Source: Octopus sinensis | Taxonomy: Eukaryota | Assembly: GCF_006345805.1 (NCBI RefSeq) | Contig: NC_043006.1 | Span: 85,126,001 to 85,190,000, forward strand | Length of the DNA stretch: 64,000 nucleotides | Direction of reading: 5' to 3' | Shown: positions 27,826-39,309 of the stretch, one piece after another | Numbering within the stretch: position 1 is the first letter of the stretch | Layout: every line of letters begins with the position of its first letter | Translations under genes and position numbers: made by a program | The notes under the pieces: generated by a model | What the model was told of the DNA's origin: nothing | The model's database searches: none | What the model saw: only the letters and a program-made list of their open reading frames with translations

Positions 27826-27837
<12 letters not shown>
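27249..27837. repeat. Near-identical ~300-bp tandem duplication (family C segment joined to an RTE ORF C-terminal fragment)
   Basis: Units 27249-27540 and 27549-27837 differ by one 3-nt indel and one substitution. The minus strand encodes [34 protein letters not shown]. Confidence 0.9.
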
Positions 27838-27917
<80 letters not shown>

Positions 27918-28186
27918 CATATATATAATGTGTGTGTGTGTGTGAAGTAAGAGAGAGAGATATTGAGTGGTGACAAAAGAGATACATCTCAATATTGTTC
28001 AAAATATCAGACTATATTTATTGAATGATACAGGTATGGGGACTTACATTCAGGACTTCAAGTTTCTGTATAATCAACAATACTTTTATCATTGCACTTC
28101 TTCAGCTCTCGTAAGCTCAGTGCCTGTGTCACCAATTACAAACATGCACTGCCGAGGGAAGAAAAAAAATCCCCTCTGAGCATTAA

Positions 28187-28407
28187 CCCTTTCATTGCTG
28201 TATTTATTTTGAGATGGTCTGTGTTTCTTTCAATTACTTTAAATATAACAAAGAATTTAGTAAAATAACTTAGTTATCATTAAGCTAGTGTTAGGAACAT
28301 AAATTGTGACTAAGGTTCAGTGAAAGATTTTAATTCAAAACTTATGAAAACAAGACATTTGTACTACAGAGCCAGAGACGGTTTCAGCCGGATTGGTAAC
28401 GAAAGGG
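28187..28407 (+). mobile_element. piggyBac-type MITE (young family)
   Basis: TTAA|CCCTTTCATTGC ... GTAACGAAAGGG|TTAA. Confidence 0.85.
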
Positions 28408-28844
28408 TTAAATGATGCAAGAAAAAATATCTAAGTGTGAGTATGATGCATTTGAGTCTGTTTACCTACAAGTTCTGGTGTTGTTATTTCTCTTATCAAC
28501 TTAACCATTGGCTTGGCGCCTTCAAAGATGTGCAAAATAAGAAATTCTTTGCTTGATAAACAGGTAAGGGCTAACAACAACAAGGTTATTCAACTAAAAT
28601 AATTCCTTGATAATATATTCATTTAACCCATGATAGCATGGAAGAACAGCATTTTGGTTGCTTACTTGGTTTTATAATTAGTTCATGCTGTTGCTTTTTT
28701 TTTTTTTTTACAGTTTTTTAATAATTTTTTTAATTATTGGAAGAATTGTGTGTTATATCTAATTTTAATTTTTAATTCCTGGGGGAGGTGGGCTGTAGTG
28801 AAGTACTAAACACCTGATATTTAAGCAGAATGAAACGTGTAAAA

Positions 28845-29215
28845 TAGAGAGAGGAATTGAGCGTGAAGAGGAGAAATAGAGGGAGGAAGAGGGCATGAAT
28901 GGAGAGGGCAGAGTTTATGCAGAGAGTGGAAGAGGACATGAATGAAGAAGGAGTTGAAATAGAGAGAGGAAGAGAGCATAAAGAGCAGACAGTTTAGGCA
29001 AAGAGAAGAAGAGGAAGGAGTTTAGGCAGAGGAAGAGAGCTTGAAAGGGAGATATTTTTAGGTAGAGAGGAAGAGAGCATGAACAAAGCAGAAAGGGTTA
29101 GGCAAAGGGAGGAAGAGGGCATGAATGAAAGAGGGGAAGTTTATTTAGGCAGGGAGAATAAGAGAGAGAGAGAGAGAGAGAATGAAGAGAAGAGAGTTTA
29201 AGCAGAGAGGAATGA
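28845..29215 (+). repeat. Degenerate purine-rich minisatellite
   Basis: Recurrent (AGTT)TAGGCAGAGAGGAAGAG(A/G)GCATGAATG-like units; strongly A/G-skewed. Confidence 0.75.
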
Positions 29216-29294
29216 AAATGATGTCTAAATGACATAGCTGTAAATGCCATAATGAGATGGAGAGGGGGGGAGCTGGAAGCTGCAGACAAATTTC

Positions 29295-29470
29295 GGATAA
29301 GTCACATGACTAAAAACAGGAAACAAGCAGTCTGTATCGATCGTGTCACGAGGTTTTTCCTATCGATGTTTTAAGTTAGAAGGGACATGTGATTAATGGC
29401 AACGACGACGGCCGACTGTTGTTTTTAAAACAGCAGCTAAACGATCTGTTGCAGATGAGCTTTCGTCCTT
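29295..29470. promoter_or_regulatory. Possible promoter/enhancer-like CpG-retaining element
   Basis: Non-repetitive and visibly CpG-rich versus its flanks; GTCACATGAC E-box-like near-palindrome, two TATCGAT DRE-like sites, CAGGAAAC. Function not demonstrated. Confidence 0.25.
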
Positions 29471-31709
29471 CCTTCGTTCGTTTTTTTCCTTTTGCATTGG
29501 ATGACTGACTGACTGCTTTTTTAAAGATTGTTTATATTGTTGTGTTTGTTTATTTTTTCTTTTACTATCTCTCCTTTCCCTGCTGCTTTGACAGGATTCC
29601 GTTTTAAGTTTCTAAGATATATCGGAAAGGAAATGTTAGCCTCCACTCTTAATTCGTTATCCACCCCAACCCATTTCCTCTGCGCTTTCACCCCCTTTTC
29701 ACACATTTATTTATTTATTTATTCATTGCAGTTATCCTGTATCAGTCTTGCAAACAGTTCTTAATTCTTCTAAGCCATCGGATTTTTCATTTCATTTGTG
29801 TTGCCTTTGTTTTGATTTTTTTTTTCTGCTGTAAAAATATATCAAACTCTACTTTCATACTTTTGGGATTGATTTTGAAATATATGTGTGTATGTATGTG
29901 TGTGTGTGTGATTTTAAATTACCGTCTGGATTATATTTGATATATCTTATTTTATAATTATCTATTTTACAATATCAAATTATCACTTATAGATATTTTT
30001 GATACCTAAATTCTCTTTAATAAGCAAGTAAGATATTTTGGAGCATGCTGAGTTTTTCTTTGAATCTATCACTTTGTCTTTCTTTTAAAAGATTTCAGCT
30101 TAGGTTAAAAAATTTTTTTCTATAAAAAAAGAAAGAAAAGGCCTTAACTGCTAGCCTCTGTGGTCCTTTGCCATGTTCAAACCTCTACAACCCTTGTGAA
30201 TATTTGTTATAGTTAAGCATTATATTATTTAACAATGTCTGTTCATAAAAGCTACTAATAGTGGTGCTACCAGTAGTGCCGTACGGAAATGGCTTGAGAA
30301 TTATACAAATAATAGTGCTTACCGTTTGTGTGTATTTATGTACACACACACACACACATGCACGCGCTTCTCGATCGTTAAATTTTGGTAGCTGTTAACA
30401 TACCTTCGACCATATTTTGGCAGATGCGCCTCTTTATTATTAACTGCAAACGATAATGCAGTGTTTTATTTAAATTTAATTACGTTAGCTTTCATTGTAA
30501 TTTTAATAACACATAAATCAATCAAGGTCGGGCTTAATTTTTCTCGCCCTTAAACAGGTTTCAATTTAATCATTTACCTACCGAAAAGTCCAAATATTCT
30601 TTACCAAGACACCTCGTGACAAGATAAACTAGGTCAATTTAATACTGCTAGTTTGATCGAATCGACTCTTCCTTCTGTAATAATAGATTTGTGGCCTTGT
30701 GCCAATGTGAAGAACTCGTTGTTACTATTTATTATTTAAGTAGTGGATTTGCAGAATCGGTAGCGGAGCAGCAGACAAGATGTCTTGCTGTATTTAATTA
30801 CATCATTTTAGGTTTGGAATTCAGATCCCTATATATATAATGCATTTGTGCACATCACTACATTTCTGGTGGTGAAAGTTACGAGGAGGAGGCAATTTCC
30901 AGTCTATTGCAGTGGTTAGGATGTTTGCACTCATTATCATGAGATTGTGGTTTCGATTTCCAGACTGGGCGGTGCGTTGTGTTTATGCGCAAAACACTTA
31001 GTTTCACTTTGTTCTGCAATCATTTCAACATCTGACATGTTACACACTTGTGCACCCGCATAGGAAATATCGATTTGCTGGCGAGAGTGAGCTTATGTGA
31101 ATGCAAACATTTTGATCACCACCATAAACAAACTATCTTTTTGGTTGTTCAGTAAAAAGTTGCGGAACTTTCATCCATTATCTAACGTCAGGAGAGTCCC
31201 TAACATATTACACACGCACGCTCATATGCACGCGCGCATGTAGACGTGTATATGCGTATTTCAAAAACTATTGCTCTTTCATCAGTACCACATCTAACCC
31301 ATTAACTATCCATGAACACATTGCTTAAATGCCACCTAAGTTTAGCAGTGTGGCACAATTGGACAGACCAATTTACATATTAAAAATACATTCCTGACAA
31401 CTTGTAAGTACATAATATCTGCCGGAAAGGGTACGGTATTTCGTATAGCAATCATAATAAAGGTTTGCAAGACAATATTGTGTCTTTTGTGTTAGCAGTG
31501 CGATATTCTCACTTCTAAGTTTATCTCTATAGATTATCTATAGAATATGAAATGTCGTCCCTTGCAGTGCTGGCTCTGAAGTCTATAGAAAATCTATTGA
31601 CATAAACTGTATATATGTATGTGTGTGCACACGTGTGTATGACTATATACATATGTATGTGTGTGTATGTATGTATCTGTGTTTCCATATATGTTTCTTT
31701 ACATCTGTG

Positions 31710-32035
31710 AAGCCATGTGGCATAGTGGTTAGGGTATTCGGCTCATAATCATAAGGCTGTGCGTTCGATTCCTGGTAGCGCATAGTTTTCTTCAGCAAGA
31801 CAATTTATTCCACGTTGCTCCAGTCCACTCAGCTGGCAAAAATGAATTGTGCCTGTATTTATTTTAAAGGGCCAGCCTTGTCACATTCTGTGTCCTGCTG
31901 AATCTCCCTGAGAGCCACGTCAAGAGTTATGCGTGTCTGTGGAATATTCAGCCACTTGCATGTTAATTTCACGAGCGGACTGCTTGGTCGATTGGATCAA
32001 CTGGAACCTTCATCGCCGTAACTGACGGGGTGCCA
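31710..32035 (+). mobile_element. tRNA-derived SINE family D with CORE-like segment (also 45345-45660+, 43695-43990+, 30905-31195+, 9110-9650-, 12110-12490-)
   Basis: TGGCATAGTGGTTAGGG A box, GTTCGATTCC B box, followed by (GTGTCCTT)GAGCAAGACACTTTATTTCACGTTGCTCCAG. Confidence 0.75.
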
Positions 32036-33001
32036 CTTGTTTACATCTTCAGTCGCTTGTACGAAAGTGCAACACGTGATGTTTTCAGTTTCTCCTGTCA
32101 ACGAATCATCCAGGCACTTAATGCCTTTGATGTATGAAATAAGTGACTCCTTATTTGACAACAGATAGGGAGTTAGCATCAGGAAAGGCATCTGGCTGTG
32201 AAACAATTCTTCAAATAACAAATAACTTTAACCCATACAAGCATAAGGAAAATAATGAACGCAAAGCAGACAGACACACGAACAAATTAACAAATTACTG
32301 TGTTTTCCATAGTTGAACATTTGCATTGTTGCCAACAGTGAATACAGATGAACAGACTCTTTATTTTGAACCAGACCTGCTGTCTCTGGTTTAGTTAGTA
32401 CGTGATGTATTATCTCAGCTCACGGTTCATTGTTATTACTGTAAAAGCCAAGTAACATACATATTGTGCTCCTTTCTCAACATGGAAATAGCTTAGAAGT
32501 TTTGGGAAACATTTTTGCTGCACCTTTGTTTGAAGTATCCAGTACTTACTGAAAAGGGCAAATAATAATTTTTTTTTATTGTTATTTATATAGTCCAAAT
32601 GCTTTTGTACAGAATAGTGTTGGAAAATATTCACATAGAATATGACTAAAGCTTTAATGCGTTTTTTTTTTCTCACATATAACATTTTTTTTTTACTATC
32701 AGTGAGTCAACTGTATATTTCTTTTCAATTCACAATATTTCTATACATTAGTGCAGCGTGGCTGTGCGTAGAAGAAGCTTGCTTTGTAACCATATAATTT
32801 TGGGTTCCGCCCAACTGCGTGGCATCCTGGACTAGCCTTTGGCCAATCGAAGCTTTGTGAGTGGATTTGGTCAATGGAAACTTAAATGAAGTCGTTATAC
32901 ATGTATATGTCCCTCGTGTGACCCACCACGCCATGTGGAAACCATCATGGATAATTGCTACTGATGAAACTCAAGGAGACAGAAATGTGGGGCGTAACTT
33001 C

Positions 33002-33170
33002 GGTATAGGTACCGGAAGTACCGGATACATTTCAAGAAAGTGTTTTTTTATATATATATGGGGGGTTAGGGTTTGTGTTAGGGTTAGGGTTGGGAGAAAA
33101 CGGGTTCTGTTATCTTCAGAAATGTAAACAAAGCCACTTCCGGTACTTACGATACCAAACCGAAGGATCG
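33002..33170. mobile_element. MITE-like element with inverted termini and internal TTAGGG repeats
   Basis: GTACCGGAAGT (33009-33019) / ACTTCCGGTAC (33136-33146) within a longer imperfect IR; TTAGGG x3 at 33066-33089. Confidence 0.6.
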
Positions 33171-34305
33171 CCAAATGTGGATTTAACCATGCCCACCACC
33201 ACTACTGGACGAATTTTGTCTGCTACTGATATATTTCTGTGTTTTTAATACAGTATGTCTATAAGGGATACTATCTTAGGACATTCTGCAGTTTTGAGTC
33301 TTTTTCAATGATGCCTCTGCTTTAAGTATAATACATACATTGCTTTGTGTATGTGCGTATCCCACCATAATGTTACTACTGGTATCGGTTTGTTTACGTC
33401 CCCATACATTAGCAGTTTCGACAGAAGTGACTGTCAGAATAAGTACCAGGCTTTAAAAAAATACTGGAGTCAAGTTGTCTAACGAGACGGTGCCCCAACA
33501 TGGCCACAGTCCAATGACTGAAACAAGCAAAAATAAACAATATGTAAGATTTGCCATATTTTTTTGTCAAGTTTTTATTTTATTCTTTATATATTATAAA
33601 TTTATATGACTGCATATTTACAGCATAAAATTGCACTACACAATTCTATAACCAAGATTTTTTTATCTTCAGTTGATGGAGCTAGGGGTGAAAAATTAAC
33701 CACAATGACGGTTACAATACATCTGCAATATATAAAATCGTTAACATGGCTTTTATGTGTAGTGGTGTGTCATTTAACTGCAATTTTCCGCTCTTGCCTC
33801 CTGTTAGTTTTCAACATCACAGCGACGCAGTATACACAGTAAATCATGAAAATATCGTTTTCTGCTTTAAATCAACCGATCCAACTTCTTTAACCCCATT
33901 CATGGTTAAACACAATCTTCCTCTGTGGTATTTCTTTAAACATATGAAACAGGAACAAACAAAACAATCAACCACATTGTATTGTAGCCTTGAGCTGGTT
34001 TTATTTCTTCTCGTATATTTTGACAATGTAGCTTCCATGTTGCAAGAAGGTAGCATGTTGCCAAATTATCAATTTTTCTTTCTTTTTTCTTTTTTCACGT
34101 CATATAACGTCTCTACAGCATGGTCGTTGTTTTAACAATCACTTTTCTCTACTGCCTGGGTCACACAGAATATATTGAGGTAGATTTTCAACAGTCTGGA
34201 TTCTCTTGTCATCAACCCTCACTTATTTCCAAGCAGAGTAATTATTTCTGCTGGACAGAGAGCAAAGCACTAAAATGCTAGACTGTCCACACTGATGCCT
34301 GATCC

Positions 34306-34577
34306 GGATCTTTTCGGTTTGAACGGCAGTTTTTTCTAGCGGTGTCATATGAAATTGTCACCCATAATTATGACTCTAGTATCGATCTATTGCATTTCAA
34401 TCTGTTTTAGGGTTAGGGGTGGGGGGAAGCGTATCTTTTTTTTTCTTCAGAAATGTAAATAAACCCAATCTGTTTCTTAAACGAGGGACATTTTCATACG
34501 GCACAGTGTGTTCTCACCTCAATAGACGTCATTGATTGGTTGAAATTGAAGAAAAAACAACAAATATCCTTAAACCC
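34306..34577 (+). mobile_element. Related TTAGGG-containing element fragment
   Basis: Shares TTAGGGTTAGGG, CTTCAGAAATGTAAA(C/T)AAA and a GATC(T)TTCGGTTTG-like terminus with the 33002 element. Confidence 0.5.
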
Positions 34578-36454
34578 AGGAACTATTCAGCACCCCTTCA
34601 GGCTTCAAATAAGGACTGGAATCGATTTCACTGACTAAACCCTTCAAGGTCGTATAACCGCAGATCAATGACTGAAACAAGTAAAAGAGTAAAAACAGAA
34701 ATGTGTTTATCTTTCATGTGTATGTAAGTATGTAGTCAAAGTTATACTATTCCTGGGGAGATGGTGAAAATCAGAGCGAACCAAGTAAGACATGGTTATA
34801 GCTTGAATACCTTTTGTTATAGGTTTCTGAATCAATGCCGACTTGGGGGATAGACAACAAACAACGAGTGGTATTCGGATTTAATGAAGCTCACTGTCGT
34901 TAAATTACGGAAATTTAAGAAGCCTGTCTTCTTAACGATAGTACGTCAAGATCCTAATGGATTGTAGGTCTTACCACCACCACCACCATCGCCATCATTC
35001 TCATTATCATTTGCTATTTACAGATTAATGAATGAAAGAGGCCCATTTGTCTTGATATTAAGGAAACTGCATGTGTTTCTATATTTTTTACACACACGAG
35101 CGTATTGTGTGACACTAACTGCTTGGTACTTATTACTTCTCTGATGTAACCTGTTGGGGTTGACAGCCTTGGCGGGATGAGTGAGTTAATGGCGACCATT
35201 GGAGTCTCTTTCACCTTATTCCTCCTTCTATTTCTCTCTCTCCTTCGCCTTACTATCTCTTACCATTAATCCTCTCTCTCTCTCAATGAAAATCATGGCC
35301 ATGTTACTGCTAGTGCGTCAATTGAGCTTCCACACTACTGCCTGCAGACAGACCTAACTTGTTTCCATTATTTCATTGCTGCTGTGACAATAACGACAGC
35401 AACATACATTTACACAAACGCGCGCGCACGGATACATACATGCATAGACTTTCTCGTGTATTTCTTTCTCTCTCTACCTTTCTTTCTCTGTTTGACACTC
35501 TCTGCCCCCCACACACACACACACTCTCTCTTTCTCTCTGCCACACACACACACATCTCTTTCTTCCTCTCTCTCTCTCCCCCACACACACACATCCACA
35601 TCTCTTTCTTCCTCTCTCTCTCTCTCTCTATATATATATACACACACACACATACACATTAAACACCTTTATTGCCTGTGCATCTTCTTTCACTCTCTCT
35701 CTCTATATATATAGAGAGAGAGAAAGACAAAAAGATAGAGAGAGGGAGATGCACTCAGGCAATAAAGGTGCTGCTTAGTAGAGGAAGACAGAGAAACAGA
35801 GAAAGCGAGAGATTCTGTGTGTGTGTGCGCGCGCGCGTGCTTACGTGTCCACATGTATGTGGTGTCGTTGAAGCAGTAATGTGTGTGTGTATATATATAC
35901 GAATGCACTGATGGTTTTCTTAGTACTCCATATTACGATTGTTGCCCGAGGTTAAAAGAAATATTAATAAATGTCAATAAAACAGTGTTGATAAGAATCC
36001 TCTCAGAGCTGACACTTGCAGTTCTGACACTTCAACTCTTACTATCCATAACGGAACACATTACCTGTGAGATATGGAGGACGTAGGTGATCTCTCTCTC
36101 TCTTTTTTCTCTCTCACTCACTCACTCTCTCTCTCTCACACATCTATGCAAGAATACATTACCTATGTGATATGAAAACTTGAGATATATAAATGATATC
36201 ATATACATGCAGAAATACAATATATGATATAGTCTTTGATAGAATTTGGTGGCATGATATTGTACATGCACACATCTACAAGTACACATGCAAAGAATAT
36301 CTTTACCTATGTGATATGAAAGGCATAAAATATGTGATAAGCTTATACACAAGCACATGCATAATCATACATGTAAAAATATATTCTGTGATATAAAAAA
36401 AACTTGGGATAGAGACAGACATTGTGTCACACACATTCAAGAATACATTTCCTA

Positions 36455-36850
36455 TTTCATATTTATAAAGATTTACCAGGGTGCCAGGGACTCTTTCCCA
36501 TCCCAGTTACGAAAAAAAAAATGAACATTTTAATGTTGTGTGAAAGAAGGAAAGTTGTGAATTTAGTCAAGTTAACAGTTCCTCATGAAGATAACATTGA
36601 TGCCGCTCAGGCTTGAAAGATTGACCGTTATGTAAGCCTCCTCGAGGAATGTGAAGATGCAGGCTGGAAAGCGGTGCATTTTCCAATCAAAGTCAGATGT
36701 AGAGGACACAGAGTGAGATGACTTGTTATCATTAGGCCTAACTCATCGTGAAGTAAATACGACCATGACCAATATCCAAACTACTGTGGAGAAGACTAGC
36801 CACTGGATTTGGTTAAAAAGAGACGATGAGTGATGGCCAGAAGAATATTG
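36455..36850 (+). mobile_element. 3' fragment of a non-LTR retrotransposon with restriction-like endonuclease (HERO-like)
   Basis: Frames VKLTVPHEDNIDAAQA*KIDRYVSLLEECEDAGWKAVHFPIKVRCRG and LLSLGLTHREVNTTMTNIQTTVEKTSHWIWLKRD match the recalled pattern ELTVPWEE..ERK..KY..GW...P.EVGCRG..SRWLWIKR. Confidence 0.75.
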
Positions 36851-37705
36851 AGCTTTAGTTGATAACCAGTGGGGCCTCATGTCAGTGAGGGAGGCTGGTG
36901 TGCATTGATACCATAAAGAGGTAGGCCCCAAAACTGCACGCATTCTCTCCTGCTGACCCCATACACATGCTGGCTTCTGGTATGCTGAGTTCTCGATTGG
37001 TAGCATTTTCATGTGCAAGTTGTTTTCAAAACATCTCGCTATATCACATGCATTCAAGAATGTATTATCTACATATATAGACTCTATATTATTTAGATGC
37101 ACATGTATATATGATCATCATCATCATTTAACATTCACCTTCCATACTGGTATGGATGGGACGATTTGACAAGAGCTGACCAGGCAGAAGCCTGCACCAG
37201 ACTTCTGTAACTGTTTTGGCAGGATTTTTACAGCTGGATACCCTCCCTAACACCAACCACTCAGCTGAGTGAGCTTAGTGCTATTTACGTGACACAAGCA
37301 CAGGTGAGGTCAGTTTTGGCAAGATTTTTACGGTTGGATGCCCTTCCTAATGCCAACCACTTTACTGTGTGGACTGGGTGCTTTTAAATGGCACCTGCAT
37401 TGACAGGGTCACCAAGTACTTACTCGCAAGACTATATATATATATATATGATATGAAGGACCCAGGATATGTGTGTGTATGTGTTTAGACATATACACAT
37501 TATACCACACATAAAAATAGCAAGAAATATTCTAGTTGTTTGGTCAACCAAATTGCCTCATTGTTGTACTTGTAAGTGGCTAAATACTACACATGTGCGC
37601 ACACACACACACACACCACACAGTGTTCTGTATGATATTTTATTAACTTTATAATCCCTTATTCAGGTTACAACATAGCACTATGGATGGATCAGATTCA
37701 TCTTT

Positions 37706-37750
<45 letters not shown>

Positions 37751-38938
37751 CTCTACACCACACACACACACACATCCATAAACATATAGCTTCACTACTT
37801 AGTTTTAATTGTAATATAAATATGATCCATCCCTTCTATAGAAATATCCCACACATTGTAACCTGATCATCAGATTTTTCCATATATCTCTATAGATAAG
37901 ACGCTATTTTGTCTGGTCACTTCACACACTCTCAATTTCATTGAGTCTCTCTGTCAGCTATAGATATCTTTAGACATGCATTTGATTCACTTCACTTTAG
38001 GGATTCAATTTCCTCTATACTTTTCTCTCACACACTCTCTCTCTCTCTCTCATCTATTACTAATAATTGAATTGATATTCACACCTCTACATGAACATCT
38101 AAGAGCTCTTTATTTGCTAAACTATGAAAGGCCAAGCTGACATGTAAGAAAAGTAAACAGATAAAGCTATCCATCTCATTAAGCTTTGTTGAACACGGCA
38201 GCAGCTTTGGGAAAATAGCTTTGTTTCCTGGAACATGTTTTCTCTTTTCAAAAACAAATCAGGCAGAAGATTGGATTGGCAGAATTGTTAGAGAATCAGA
38301 GAGGAAAAAAAATATGCTATGCCGTGTATGTTCTAATGCACTAATCTCCAAGTTCAAATCCCACAAAAGTTGACTATGCCTTTTGGGTCCACGAAATAAA
38401 ATACCAGCCAAGAGGATGGATTGGCACTGTTGTTAGGGCATCAGACAGCATTTATTCCAGCTCTGTGCATTCTTAGTTCAAATCCCATCTTGACCACTAT
38501 TAGAGTAAAATTCATTCTTCTAGAAACACAAAACCTAAAACAAAAGGCACCAGAGTTCCTTATTGAGTGTGGACAACCCAAGAACACAAAGTGATGGTTG
38601 TGGTATACCTGTTGCTAAAGGGTAGCATTGGACAGCACTACCCCCTCACTATTCAGTGATGCACCCTCAGATTTAGAAAATACAACTTTAAAAAAATCTT
38701 CTGCAATATAATTAGTGCCCACTCAGAATATTCTGAAGCACCCCCATGGCACCTAAGTCTGGCAACAGACCTGGGACATGATGGTAATCTTGATGATGAT
38801 CATGGAGATGGATGCAGTGATGTGGGTGACAATAATGGAAGTATGATGACAACTTTCATTTTGAATATCCAGTTGGCAGTTCACCAGACAACCAGTCAAT
38901 TCCAATTAGCTTCCATTTGTCAGACAACTTATCATTAA

Positions 38939-39309
38939 CACTTTTGTTACCATATTTCAACTGAAATACACTGCATTTATTTCAAGAGATTTTTAAAATA
39001 ATGAAGAATTTATTAAAATAATTTTGTGTTTATTAAACTGGTGTTAGGAACATAACATATTTTGATTGAAGGTTTTCATTTAGATCACTTTAACCATCTT
39101 CTTACTATATTCCTGTTAAAATACACTGTTTTTATTTGTTAATTTTGAAAATAACGAAGACTATTAAAATAATTTTGTTGTTAGTAAACACATTTGGAAC
39201 ATAAATTAACCATAAATTTTGATGGAAAGTTTTAATTTAGGATACTTTCAATGAGAAACTTTGTATCATAGAACTAGGGCCAGTCTCAGGTAGGTTGGTA
39301 ATAGAAGAG
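38939..39309 (-). mobile_element. Two nested older-family piggyBac-type MITEs
   Basis: The outer copy breaks at TAGATCACT|TTAA (39090-39093), where an inner copy (39094-39309) begins. TTAA flanks. Confidence 0.65.

Noticed and set aside
32961-32990. CTGATGA...GAAAT hammerhead-like string
   Set aside because: No convincing stem I or stem III and a poor stem II; likely chance.
36074-36086. ATG GAG GAC GTA G|GT as an alternative first exon in phase with exon 41195
   Set aside because: Weak donor (GTGATC), overlaps a local degenerate repeat, and would delete the first IMD helix.
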